Assembly (NCBI GenBank): GCA_009379925.1 | Contig: WHSU01000010.1 | Location: 18,023-82,022, forward strand | DNA length: 64,000 nt | Source: Dehalococcoidia bacterium | GTDB lineage: Bacteria > Chloroflexota > Dehalococcoidia > UBA2979 | Direction: 5' to 3' | Shown here: in pieces, positions 55,297-64,000 of the stretch | Layout of the letters: every line of letters starts with the position of its first letter | Numbering within the stretch: the stretch's first letter is position 1 | Translations under genes and position numbers: made by a program | The notes under the pieces: model-generated | What the model was told of the DNA's origin: nothing | Database searches by the model: none | The model's input: the letters and a program-made list of their open reading frames with translations, nothing else

Positions 55297-56295
55297 CTAA
55301 CCCTCGATACCAAGGAATCGGAGCGCGTTCTTCGATCCGATGGCTTCACGCTCCTCGACGGTGAGCCCTATGGCTTCGAACTCGCTGTTGGGGCTCACCT
55401 CGAAGCGGAAGTTTCCGCCGAAGGGGTAGTCGGACCCGACGACGATCTGACTGACCCCTACCATGTCGATCAGGTACCTGAGGGTGGTGTTGTCGAAGAC
55501 GACATCGTCGTAGTAGGCCTGCCGTGCATAGTCCATGGGGGACTTCGGCAGCAGTTCTCGCAGCGCGCCCCCGTTGGACCACTGGTTATGCATGCGGGGC
55601 AGCAGCTGCACGCCCGTCCCGCCGCCGTGGCTGAAGCAGATTCGCAGGTCCGGGCACTCTTCCAGGACGCGCCCGGTGATCACACCGGCCATGGCGAACG
55701 CGTTCTCAACGGGAAAGCCCACCGAGTTCGCGCCCTCCTGGCCCACGATACGGTCGTTAAACGTAGGGTTCTGCGCGTGCGAGAAGATCGAGAGGCCGAG
55801 ACGCTCCGCTTGCTTCAGGAAGGGACGGAACTCCGGGTCGCCAAGGTTGGCGCCGGCGATGTTGGTCTGGACCTCAACCCCGAGCAGGCCCATGTCTTTG
55901 ATGTTCTGCAGTTCGCGGGTGGACGCCTCTGCATGGTGCAGCGGGACAGCGCCCAGGCCATAGAAGCGTTCCGGCTCGTCCTCGATCATCTTGACGATGG
56001 TCTCGTTGATGTAGCGAGCGAGGTCGAGTGCGTCGCCCTCACCGAGGTCGTAGTTGAGAAGTCGCGGCATCGGGGAGAGGACCTGCCGGTCGACCCCCTG
56101 GTCTGGCATCTCGAGGACGCGGCGAGCCGTGTCCCAGCAGCGGTCGAGCACAGTCCGGAAGTTGCGGCCCTCGTACATGACGTTGGCTTGAGCGGGTTCG
56201 GTGTGCTCCATCACGGGCCACTTCGCACCCGCGCTCCGACTCCCCACGTCCGGGAAGTGCTCGGGCACAATGTGTGTGTGGACATCGATGATCAA
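55297..56295 (-). CDS. amidohydrolase-2 family protein (ACMSD/LigW-like metal-dependent hydrolase or decarboxylase)
   Basis: 332 aa. 'MIIDVHTHIVPEHFP' is the HxH metal motif, '...CFSHGGG...' follows, and the C-terminus is 'VGSDYPF'. Confidence 0.88.
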   Translation of the reverse strand: MIIDVHTHIVPEHFPDVGSRSAGAKWPVMEHTEPAQANVMYEGRNFRTVLDRCWDTARRVLEMPDQGVDRQVLSPMPRLLNYDLGEGDALDLARYINETIVKMIEDEPERFYGLGAVPLHHAEASTRELQNIKDMGLLGVEVQTNIAGANLGDPEFRPFLKQAERLGLSIFSHAQNPTFNDRIVGQEGANSVGFPVENAFAMAGVITGRVLEECPDLRICFSHGGGTGVQLLPRMHNQWSNGGALRELLPKSPMDYARQAYYDDVVFDNTTLRYLIDMVGVSQIVVGSDYPFGGNFRFEVSPNSEFEAIGLTVEEREAIGSKNALRFLGIEG

Positions 56296-56314
56296 CGGAG
56301 ACCCCCTCGCGCGC

Positions 56315-56947
56315 TCAGGCGGATGCAGCCGACCTGGATAGCATTGACTGCAGGTCGCTCACCGTTCGGACGCGTCCGAAGATGGGGAAGATCTTTTCGA
56401 TCATCCACTCGTGCTCCTCTGGGTCGATGCCGCCGGTGGCGTCGCTCGCGACTACCATGTTGTAGCCCAGATCACGACCGTCCCTGACAGTGGTTGCGAT
56501 TCCGATGGTCGTGCGCACGCCGCAGAGGACGACGGTATCGACCTTGCGTGCGCGCAGTAGCGTGTCCAGCGGCGTGCTCGAGAACGCACCCATCCGGATC
56601 TTGTCGACGACGATGTCCTCCGGGTGAGGCTCCAGTTCCTTGATGATCTCCCACTGCCAACCCGGGTACGGCGGGGCACCACCCGAGCCTCCGCCCATAC
56701 CCCGGTCGGTCAGGACCGGGGCCGAGTCGAGGCCGTCAGCTCGGCGGTTGTTGCGCACGTAGTAGATGGGGACTCCGCCCTCGCGCGCCGCCGCGAGGAG
56801 CGAGACGCAGTTTTGGACGATGCCGCTGTTGGAGAGCCATTCCTGGCGTTGACGGTCATCGACGTGGATTTGCCCATTCTGCATATCGAAGACGACCAAC
56901 GCAGTCGCCTCGGCGTCTAGCCGCTCGCCATTTGCCACTGGACACAC
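56315..56947 (-). CDS. isochorismatase-family cysteine hydrolase
   Basis: 210 aa with 'ALVVFDMQNG' and 'VDTVVLCGVRTTIGIATTVRDGRDLGYNMVVASDA' (catalytic Cys region). Confidence 0.88.
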   Translation of the reverse strand: MCPVANGERLDAEATALVVFDMQNGQIHVDDRQRQEWLSNSGIVQNCVSLLAAAREGGVPIYYVRNNRRADGLDSAPVLTDRGMGGGSGGAPPYPGWQWEIIKELEPHPEDIVVDKIRMGAFSSTPLDTLLRARKVDTVVLCGVRTTIGIATTVRDGRDLGYNMVVASDATGGIDPEEHEWMIEKIFPIFGRVRTVSDLQSMLSRSAASA

Positions 56948-57180
56948 CCTTCATCTGCAGGCCGAGAGTCGCGGATTCCCGCTGGTGCCGAAGCGCCGCT
57001 GCGCGAGGCGACGTTGAGCAATCTCGCGTAATCCACCGGACCCTGCCGGACGCTAGTCTGAGGCGAAGGCCCAGTCAATCACATGCGTGCTCTCTGGGTG
57101 GATAAAGTCACCCGAACCCGGATAAATCGCCACTCGCAGCGACCTTTCTCTGCAATGACCAGTATTTTGATGGCGGTATC

Positions 57181-57209
57181 TTGACAAAATTCTCCAGATT
57201 GCCTAGAAA
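57181..57209 (+). promoter_or_regulatory. sigma-70-like promoter of the IclR gene (TTGACA-17 nt-TAGAAA)
   Basis: TTGACA at 57181-57186, a 17-nt spacer, then TAGAAA at 57204-57209. This lies about 32 nt upstream of the ATG at 57241, in an AT-enriched intergenic stretch. Confidence 0.45.
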
Positions 57210-57240
57210 ATCACGAGCTGATGATCGGGAAAGGCATGAC

Positions 57241-58008
57241 ATGGCGAGCGCAGCGTCCAAGGTGGCACTGGTCCTCGAGACCATGCGTTCGCACCCGGAC
57301 GGCGCCTCGGTTGGCGAGATCGCACATGTGATGGGGGTGACGAGGGAGGCGGCTACGCGCTTCCTGAAGTCGCTCGTGCATGAGCAACTGCTCGACTACG
57401 AGCAGCGAACAGACCTTTACTTTCTCGGCGTCCGTCTGATCGGGATCGGCTCAGCCGCGGCGGCGAGGATTGGTCCGGTCGATGGTCTTTATGACCCGAT
57501 GTTACGTTTCTCCCGGGAGTTCCGTGTCCCGGTGATGTTTTCCCACACGCGTGGGGCCGACACGTTTGTCCTCTTCCGCGCCCAGCCGGCTCAATTCGGT
57601 GCCGTCATCGTGCCGCTGGGCCACACGCGTCCTACCCACGCGACGGCGGCGGGGCGTGTCTCCCTGGCCTTCGGAAACCAGGAAATGCTCGCCGACGTGG
57701 AGCGGGCTGGCATGCGGAAGTACACGGACCGGACCGTCCATACGATGGAGGAGCTCCACGCCGAACTCGAGAGGGCCAGCCGTCAGGGCTATCTAGCGGC
57801 GAGCGAAGAGATCAACGTCGGCCAGCACGTGATTGCCGTGCCGGTCCTGAACCACCGCCGGCGCGCCCTCGCCTGCCTCGCCGTCTCGCTGATCGATCGC
57901 GTCCAGTTCGAACGCCAGCAGCAAGAGTTAGTCACTGAGTTGCAGCGGCTGTCACAGAGCGCCTCGCAGCTCTTCACCTACGGGCACGGGATGCTGCACG
58001 CGGTGTGA
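57241..58008 (+). CDS. IclR-family transcriptional regulator
   Basis: 255 aa. 'KVALVLETMRSHPDGASVGEIAHVMGVTREAATRFLKSLVHEQLL' is the wHTH, followed by an IclR effector domain ('AAGRVSLAF...'). Divergent from the catabolic operon. Confidence 0.9.
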   Translation: MASAASKVALVLETMRSHPDGASVGEIAHVMGVTREAATRFLKSLVHEQLLDYEQRTDLYFLGVRLIGIGSAAAARIGPVDGLYDPMLRFSREFRVPVMFSHTRGADTFVLFRAQPAQFGAVIVPLGHTRPTHATAAGRVSLAFGNQEMLADVERAGMRKYTDRTVHTMEELHAELERASRQGYLAASEEINVGQHVIAVPVLNHRRRALACLAVSLIDRVQFERQQQELVTELQRLSQSASQLFTYGHGMLHAV

Positions 58009-58329
58009 TGCTCGGTCCATGCCGACGGCCGATACGAGACCGATGTGGAGATGACCGCTAACGCACAGCTCGGACAAGACACTGACGGGGGCGGCCCGTC
58101 CATGGGCCAAGGCCAATCAGCGGCGGCGCCGTACCCATCCGAGTTCGCGGAGCGGAGTGCGAACAGTGCGCTCCGCCACTTCCCTCCCCCTGCACTCCCC
58201 ACCCTCGCAAAGCTCACCACTTCAGCCCCGGGATGCCGCGTCAAATTGCCGAGCCCATGGGGCCAAGACGTGGACTCCGGGAGAAAGGAGCCCGACGAAG
58301 TTGAAGGCTCTGGCCATCCACCGTGAAAA

Positions 58330-58605
58330 GTGATTGGAAGTTACATGATGATGCAGTTGTATGACCGTCGGGAAACCGGAGGACGCATCCGCGAGCTGCG
58401 GGCGAGCATGCGGATGACCCAGTCGGAACTGGCCTTCTACTCGGGGATTACACAGAGTGCCCTCTCGAACTACGAGAATGGGCGCCGAGATGTCCCGCTC
58501 CCCGTTCTCGTGGCGATGGCCGGCGCGTTGAAGGTGCGTCCCACGGAGCTGGTGCCTGGCCTGCAGGAACTCCCTCCGCCTGAGTTCGCCGCCTTTTACG
58601 GATAG
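58330..58605 (+). CDS. XRE-family helix-turn-helix protein
   Basis: 91 aa. 'GGRIRELRASMRMTQSELAFYSGITQSALSNYENGRRDVPLPVLVAMAGALKVRPTELV' is the HTH_3 pattern. Confidence 0.85.
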   Translation: MIGSYMMMQLYDRRETGGRIRELRASMRMTQSELAFYSGITQSALSNYENGRRDVPLPVLVAMAGALKVRPTELVPGLQELPPPEFAAFYG

Positions 58606-58942
58606 GCGCCGACGGGGACAGCCCACCGGACTCCAATCGGTCGCGAACCGGCGATCCACCGGACCCACCGTGAGGGCCGGCCGCGCTCTCGGCGTCCCGT
58701 CGCCTGAATGTCCCGCGGTGTGGGCTGGTTCTGCCCGATCGCCGCTGGCCGTTCTGCAACGAGGAGTCGCTCCCTGTGATCGCGCAGGAGGCGATCGCCC
58801 ACGCGCAGTTCGAGACGCTCCATCTGTTGGTGGACGGCCACGGCGGCACTAGTCATGCCCATCGTCCTTGCTCGATGGGGCACGCGAGGCGGCGCGTGGC
58901 TGCACAGGACCGACATGGTCGCGGTGTCGCGGGCGTGTGTGT

Positions 58943-59407
58943 TCACTCAGAAATGGCTGCCGTCCCGGCCTGGCTTTGGTGGAGCACGCGGCTGACCGCC
59001 ATCATCCCTTGGTGGAGCGCCTGCAGGTCCGACGTCGAGATCTGGTCTAACACCTCGCCGAAGTCCCGCGCGTTCGCTGAGAGCAGCTCGGCGATCCACT
59101 CGGTCCCGGCCTCGGTGAGGCCCACGAGCACGGCGCGGCGGTCCGAAGGGTCGGCCCGGCGTTGCGCCAACCCCTCCTCTTCGAGGCGGTCGAGGACTGC
59201 CGTGGTCGCGTTCGGAGACATGCCGAGCATGTGCGCGACCTCGCCCACGCGGACGATCCCGCGGTGATGCAGCACCATCAGCGCCTTGAGCTGAGGCATC
59301 GAGAGGTCAACGTTCAGCCAGGGCGTCGGCCGTGTCGCGGCGCTCGCGGCGCCCAGTGTCTCCATCAGCCGCTGGATGTCCTCGACCAGATGTCTTCGCG
59401 ACGCCAT
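58943..59407 (-). CDS. MarR-family transcriptional regulator
   Basis: 154 aa from 'MASRRH'. 'LSMPQLKALMVLHHRGIVRVGEVAHMLGMSPNATTAVLDRLEEEGLAQRRADPSDRRAVLVGLTEAG' is the MarR wHTH. Confidence 0.9.
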   Translation of the reverse strand: MASRRHLVEDIQRLMETLGAASAATRPTPWLNVDLSMPQLKALMVLHHRGIVRVGEVAHMLGMSPNATTAVLDRLEEEGLAQRRADPSDRRAVLVGLTEAGTEWIAELLSANARDFGEVLDQISTSDLQALHQGMMAVSRVLHQSQAGTAAISE

Positions 59408-59523
59408 CGCACTCAGTCCTTGTCGCTTGCCACTACGTCGGCCCGCAGTGATACTCGCACTATACCGAAATATTCTGCGCGTGTCGTATGACGCACGGAC
59501 AGGCCCGACGGAGAGCAGCAGGC

Positions 59524-62500
59524 ATGAGTCGCATCGTCGCATGGTTCACGGAGCTTTCCTACCGACGAGCCGGGTTGGTCATCGTGGCGATCGCGCTCGT
59601 GCTGGGCGCCGGCGCCCTCTCCGCCACGCGCATCAACCAGGAGCTCATCCCCGACATTGAGTTCCCGCTCATCGTGGTCGTCGCGCAGGCGCCCGAGACT
59701 CAGCCGGGCGAGGTCGTGCGAAGCACCATCGCACCGATCGAAGCCGGCACGGCCGGCCTGGAGGGGCTCCAGTCCACCCAGTCCACCAGCGTCCAGGGAC
59801 TCGGCGTCCTGCTGCTCTCGTTCGACTTCGGCGTGGACCTGCAAGGAACCCAGGAGGAAGTCGGGCGCTCCTCCAGTCGCTCCAGCTCCCCTCGGACGTC
59901 CAGACCAGCACGCTGCTCCTCGACCCGGCGACGCTGCCGGTGATCATGGCGACGCTCGAGGGTGATGCGAACGACCAGGAATTGCTTGCGCTCGCGCAGG
60001 GTACCGTCGTGCCGCACCTCTCGGACATCGATGGGGTGGGGAGCGTCGACGTCGTCGGCGGCGCGCTTCAGCAGGTCAGTGTGGCGGTGGATCGGAACGC
60101 GCTCCTGGAGCGCGGCCTGAGCTACGACGCGGTGGCGGCTGCTCTGCGTGCGAACAACGTCATCCTCCCCGCCGGGTTCGTGGCGGGGACGGACAGTGTC
60201 GTCCCGGTGGAGGCGGTGCTCGCGTTCTCCTCGCTCGACGCGCTGAGCGAGGTCGCTGTGCCCCTCCCACAGGGCGGCACCGTGCCGCTCGGTGAAATCG
60301 CCACGGTCGACGTGGTCGAGACCACGCCGACGGGCGTCAACCGTTCCAACGGCATGCCCGCCGTCGGCCTCCAGATCGCCAAGACCAAGGAGGGCAACAC
60401 CGTCGCCGTTTCGCACGCCGTGCTCGACGCCTTCGAGGAACTTGAGGCGGACCTCCCGGAGGGCGTGCAGATCGAGGTCGTGCAGGACCAGGCCGAGTTC
60501 ATCGAAGAGTCCGTCTACGACATGGTGCTGAAGGGCGTGATCGGCGGCGTGCTGGCGGTCGTGATCGTGCTGGTCTTCCTGGGCAGCGTCCGTAGCACGC
60601 TCGTCACGGCGGTCTCGATCCCGCTGTCGATCCTCGCCGCGATCGTCGCGCTGCAGGTGACCGGGAACACGCTCAACCTGATGACGCTCGGTGGCCTCAC
60701 GATCGCGATCGGACGCGTGATCGACGACTCGATCGTGGTGCTGGAGAGCATCTACCGGCACATGGCCGCCGGCGAACGCACCTACACGGCGGTGACGCGC
60801 GGGGCGCGCGAGGTCACGCTGGCCATCGTCGGCGCGACCGCGACCACGGCGGCAGTGTTCCTTCCCCTGGGACTGGTCGGCGGGATCATCGGTGAACTGT
60901 TCCTGCCCTTCGCCCTCGCCGTAGTGTTCGCGCTGATCGCGTCGCTGGTCGACGCCGTGACGGTGGTACCCGCACTCGTGCGCATCCTGATGTCACGTGG
61001 CGTGACCGTGCACGCGGAGGAGGGTCGCCATGGCCGGCTGGCCCGGGCCTACCGTCCCGCCCTCGAGTGGTCACTGCGCCACCGCTGGGCGACGCTCGGC
61101 GTCTCCGCCGTGCTGTTCATCGCGAGCCTGGCGCTCGTCCCCACGCTGCCGCTGGTCTTCCTGCCCGACAGCGGCGAGAACTCGCTCGTCGTCACCGTTC
61201 CGGCGCGCCCGGCTGAGTCACGCGACTCCGTCCTCGAACGTGCCATCGCGGTCGAGGGGCTGCTGGAGGACTACCCGGTCGAGAGCTACCAGACCGTGAT
61301 CAGCGGCGCCTCGGGCGGCCTGGGCGCGCTGGGCGCGGTGGTCAGTGGGCAGAGCCCCAACTCCGCGACGATCATCGCCGTCTTTGACGGCTCCGCCCCA
61401 AGTGAGGAGGTGGCGGATGACCTCCGTGCACGGTTCCCTGAGGAGATCGAGGGCGGCGGCGACATCTCCGTCTCCGCGGGAGCGGCCGTGTTCTCCAGCA
61501 GCGCCGTGAACGTCACCGTCGCTGCGGAGTCTCCCGCCGCGGCGGCCGCGCTGCCCGAGGCGGCGACGATGGTGGAGCAGGCCCTCGCCGGCATCGAGGG
61601 CCTCACCAACGTCAGTAGCGACGTGTCCGAGTCGGCGCCCGCGATCGAGCTGCAGATCGACCAACAGGCCGCGGCTGCCGCGGGCCTGACGCCCGAGCAG
61701 ATTGCCCAGGCCGTCGCCCAACTCTCCGGCGGTCAGCAGGTCACCTCGGTGACGACCGCGGACGGCGTGCTGCCCGTGCATCTCGCTCTGACCCTGGGCG
61801 GTGTCCTCACGGCCGACCAGCTCGCGACGCTACCGCTGAGACCTGACGTGACCCTCGGCGACGTGGCAACGCCTGTCGAGGTCCAGCGCCAGACCACGCT
61901 CACCCGCATCGACGGCCGCTCCGCGGCGACCGTGGGCGGCGAGATCGTCGCGGACAACGTCTCCGCGGTCTCACTCGAGGCGACCGAGGCCGTCGATGCG
62001 CTCGATCTGCCGGATGGCATCGAGGTCAGCCACGGCGGTGTCGGCAGCGACATCGACCAGGGCTTCACGAGCATGCTGATCGCGATCGGCGCGTCCATCG
62101 CTCTGGTCTACCTCATCATGGCGGCCCTCTTCCGCAGCTGGCTGGACCCGTTCGTCATCCTTTTCACGCTGCCGCTGGCCGTGATCGGCGCCATCGCGGG
62201 ACTGTGGGTCACCAGCTCGTCGCTCAGCATCAACGCGATGCTCGGCATGCTCATGCTGGTCGGCATTGTGGTCACGAACGCCATCGTGATGCTCGAGTAC
62301 GTGACCATCCTCCGGCGTGAGCGTGGCTACGACGTGCACCAGGCCCTGGTCGAAGGCGGACAGACGCGCCTCCGGCCCGTCCTGATGACGGCCCTCGCGA
62401 CGATGCTGGCGCTGATCCCGCTGGCGGCCGGTTTCGGCGGCAGCGGCCTCATCTCGGCGGAGCTCGGCAGGGTCGTGATCGGCGGGCTCTTCACCTCGAC

Positions 62501-62630
62501 ATTCCTGACGCTGCTCGTCGTCCCGGTCGTGTACTCGCTCATGGACGGTCTCAAGCGACGCTTCGCGCGGGTGCCGCGTACCGACGAGCCCAGTCAACGG
62601 CTAACGCTCGGGGAAGGGGACCGATCATGA
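59524..62630 (+). pseudogene. RND-superfamily efflux transporter permease (AcrB-like), single frameshift near codon 115
   Basis: The N-terminal 'MSRIVAWFTELSYRRAGLVIVAIALVLGAGALSATRINQELIPDIEFPLIVVVAQAP...' (frame of ORF 59488..59943) continues as 'LLQSLQLPSDVQTSTLLLDPATLPVIMATLEGD...' only in the frame of ORF 59940..62630. A 1-nt indel is needed near 59865-59872. The remaining about 900 aa are an intact 12-TM RND body. Confidence 0.8.
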
Positions 62631-63463
62631 CCTCTGAGCAGCCGGCGGTCATTGAATTGCTCGTAGCGCTGGCCGATCCCGCCTCTTCGGACCGGGAGGT
62701 CGGGTGGGCCGCGGCGATGGCGGCTGCCCTGCGCGTGCCCGTGCACCTGGTCCACGTCCTGGACCCAGCGCTCGGTCGCGATCCTGTCGAGCGGGCCATC
62801 GCCATGGCGGACGATCTCCTCGCCATCGCCGCCACGGACGAACGCTGGTGGGGCGCGTCCGTCACGCACGAAGTCGTGTCGGGCCTCATCGACGAGGAGC
62901 TTCCGGCCCTCGCCGCGCAGCGACCCGGGTCGATGCTTGTGCTCGCGACGGATGACTCCGGTCGCCTTCGTCGTGCGATGGGAGGCGACTGGGGGGCGCT
63001 CCTGCGGCGCCTCACGACGCCGTTCATCTTGCTGCCGCCCGAGGTGATCGCGCCGCGGGCCATCTCCACGGCCGTGGTGGGCCTGGACGGTTCGGACCTG
63101 TCCGTACGCGTTGGCTCCATCGCGGACCAGCTCGCGACGCGCCTCAAGCTCAACGTCGTCCGCGTGGAGGCAATCGAGCCCGCCTCGACGCCCGGGCCCG
63201 AGTTCCTTGGGGCCGAGTTCCTTGGGGCCGAGTTCCTTGGGGCCGAGCCGGAGGTGGGAGGGACGCGCGTCCGCGTGCGGGGACGCGCGGGTCAGACGAT
63301 TGCGAGCGTGGCGCGAGCACGTGATGCCGGCCCAATCGTGGTCGGCTCGCACGGCAAGGGACAGATGACCCGGCTCCTGCTCGGCAGTACGTCCGAGTGG
63401 CTCGCACGGCACGCGGACCGGCCGGTCCTCATCGTCCCCAGGGGAGCTAGCTCACGGCATTAG
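62627..63463 (+). CDS. tandem universal stress protein (UspA) family protein
   Basis: 278 aa in two USP halves. The second ends with 'GPIVVGSHGKGQMTRLLLGSTSEWLARHADRPVLIVP' (G-2x-G-9x-G(S/T) ATP motif). ATGA overlap with the RND stop. Confidence 0.88.
   Translation: MTSEQPAVIELLVALADPASSDREVGWAAAMAAALRVPVHLVHVLDPALGRDPVERAIAMADDLLAIAATDERWWGASVTHEVVSGLIDEELPALAAQRPGSMLVLATDDSGRLRRAMGGDWGALLRRLTTPFILLPPEVIAPRAISTAVVGLDGSDLSVRVGSIADQLATRLKLNVVRVEAIEPASTPGPEFLGAEFLGAEFLGAEPEVGGTRVRVRGRAGQTIASVARARDAGPIVVGSHGKGQMTRLLLGSTSEWLARHADRPVLIVPRGASSRH
63196..63247. repeat. 15-bp tandem repeat x3.5 (GGCCGAGTTCCTTGG) inside the USP gene, in frame (EFLGA)3
   Basis: Read directly: 63211-63225 equals 63226-63240. 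63196-63210 differs at one base. A partial fourth copy spans 63241-63247. The translation is 'PEFLGAEFLGAEFLGAEP'. Confidence 0.9.
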
Positions 63464-63478
63464 AACGGACAGCCGACG

Positions 63479-64000
63479 ATGGCACACGTTGAACGGCCGC
63501 CGCGGGTGAGGAGCGGGGAACGCCCGTCGCTCCGCAAGGCGTTTGGCGCCTTCCGCAACGTCCATTTCCGCTGGCTCTGGGCCTCGACGCTGGCGTCCTT
63601 CTCCGGCATGCAGATGCAGCTCATCGGGCGAGGTGTGCTGGCGTGGGAGCTCTCGGAGTCCTACGCGGTGGTCGGGATCGTGGAGGCGGCCTTTGCGCTG
63701 CCGATGGCGATCTTCTCGCTTCCTGGCGGCGCCGCGGTAGACCGGGTTGAGAAGCGGCGCATCGTCGTGGCCTCTCAAGGGGTTATGTGCGCCCTGGCGC
63801 TGGTGACGGCGCTCCTCATCCAGACGGACCTGATCACCATCGCCCTGCTGTTCGCGGTCGGCGTGATCCAGGGCTTCCTGTTCACATTCAACGGTCCCGC
63901 GCGCATGGCACTGCTGACGGAGGTGGTGCCGGAGCGTGAGCTGACGGCCGCCATCTCGCTCCAGAACATCGCCATGAACGGGACGCGCATTGTGGCGCCG
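63479..64000 (+). CDS. MFS transporter (MFS_3/EntS-like), 5' part; continues beyond the window
   Basis: The frame is open from the ATG at 63479 to the window end (174 codons). 'FRNVHFRWLWASTLASFSGMQMQLIGRGVLAWELSESYAVVGIVEAAFALPMAIFSLPGGAAVDRVEKRR' is a typical N-terminus of this MFS subfamily. It is absent from the ORF track because it has no stop. Confidence 0.8.
   Translation, partial: MAHVERPPRVRSGERPSLRKAFGAFRNVHFRWLWASTLASFSGMQMQLIGRGVLAWELSESYAVVGIVEAAFALPMAIFSLPGGAAVDRVEKRRIVVASQGVMCALALVTALLIQTDLITIALLFAVGVIQGFLFTFNGPARMALLTEVVPERELTAAISLQNIAMNGTRIVAP

Noticed and set aside
57181-57240. TTG start at 57181 for the IclR gene (ORF-track start)
   Set aside because: The TTG is part of a consensus TTGACA -35 box, followed 17 nt later by TAGAAA. 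IclR homology begins after the ATG at 57241.
58045-58326. 93-aa ORF immediately upstream of the XRE gene as a toxin/partner gene
   Set aside because: The composition is Pro/Gly/Ser-rich with weaker GC3 bias, and there is no recognisable motif or RBS. It is kept only as a note within the islet finding.
59860-59875. Programmed ribosomal frameshift in the RND gene (and similarly at about 5280 in the ABC ATPase)
   Set aside because: There is no slippery heptamer or obvious downstream structure. These gene families are not known to use recoding. A simple indel (mutation or sequencing error) is more parsimonious.
63196-63247. Short direct repeats as a mini-CRISPR array
   Set aside because: The repeats are contiguous 15-mers with no spacers, they lie inside a coding frame, and no cas genes are present.

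Overview
Visibly high-GC (roughly two-thirds G+C by eye, not computed), densely coding bacterial chromosomal window. GTG/TTG starts and 4-8 nt gene overlaps are frequent. I found no rRNA, tRNA, CRISPR array or intact mobile element. Layout from left to right: (1) 1-2.4 kb, the tail of a family-5 peptide-type ABC uptake operon (binding protein plus two permeases, no ATPase). (2) 2.6-8.5 kb, a decay zone with three broken genes: a DUF2938-like membrane protein, an ABC-2 ATPase, and a ~925-codon MalT/LuxR-type regulator. The regulator carries an 11-bp tandem duplication, an in-frame TAG and several 1-bp indels. (3) A KTSC protein and an FN3-repeat membrane protein. (4) 10.6-18.0 kb, a long TPP-riboswitch-controlled thiamine operon, thiD-thiE-thiO-thiS-thiG-tenI-tenA-tenA'-SSS transporter. 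(5) An ArsR-controlled FtsX/ABC export operon. (6) 20.7-40.4 kb, an accessory block. It holds a decayed ArsR/VOC module with a perfect 14-bp palindromic operator, an AlkD-like repair protein, and a DyP peroxidase with a two-lobed membrane partner. Next comes an isolated two-gene module: a membrane-anchored CHAT (caspase-like) protease translationally coupled to a serine alpha/beta hydrolase. Then follow an SDR, a FAD oxidase, a SnoaL-like protein, a cyclooxygenase/alpha-dioxygenase-like haem enzyme, a small membrane protein, a 911-aa twin-hydrolase polytopic membrane protein and a nitroreductase-like protein. The block ends at a serine-recombinase relic. (7) 40.4-58 kb, a CoA-dependent catabolic cluster with a second ATPase-less peptide-type ABC system and an IclR regulator. 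(8) An XRE regulator, MarR, a frameshifted RND pump, a tandem USP with an in-frame 15-bp repeat, and the start of an MFS transporter. The most unusual candidates are the CHAT-hydrolase pair and the surrounding peroxidase/dioxygenase/hydrolase island. All calls come from reading the translations and motifs by eye. No database search was run.
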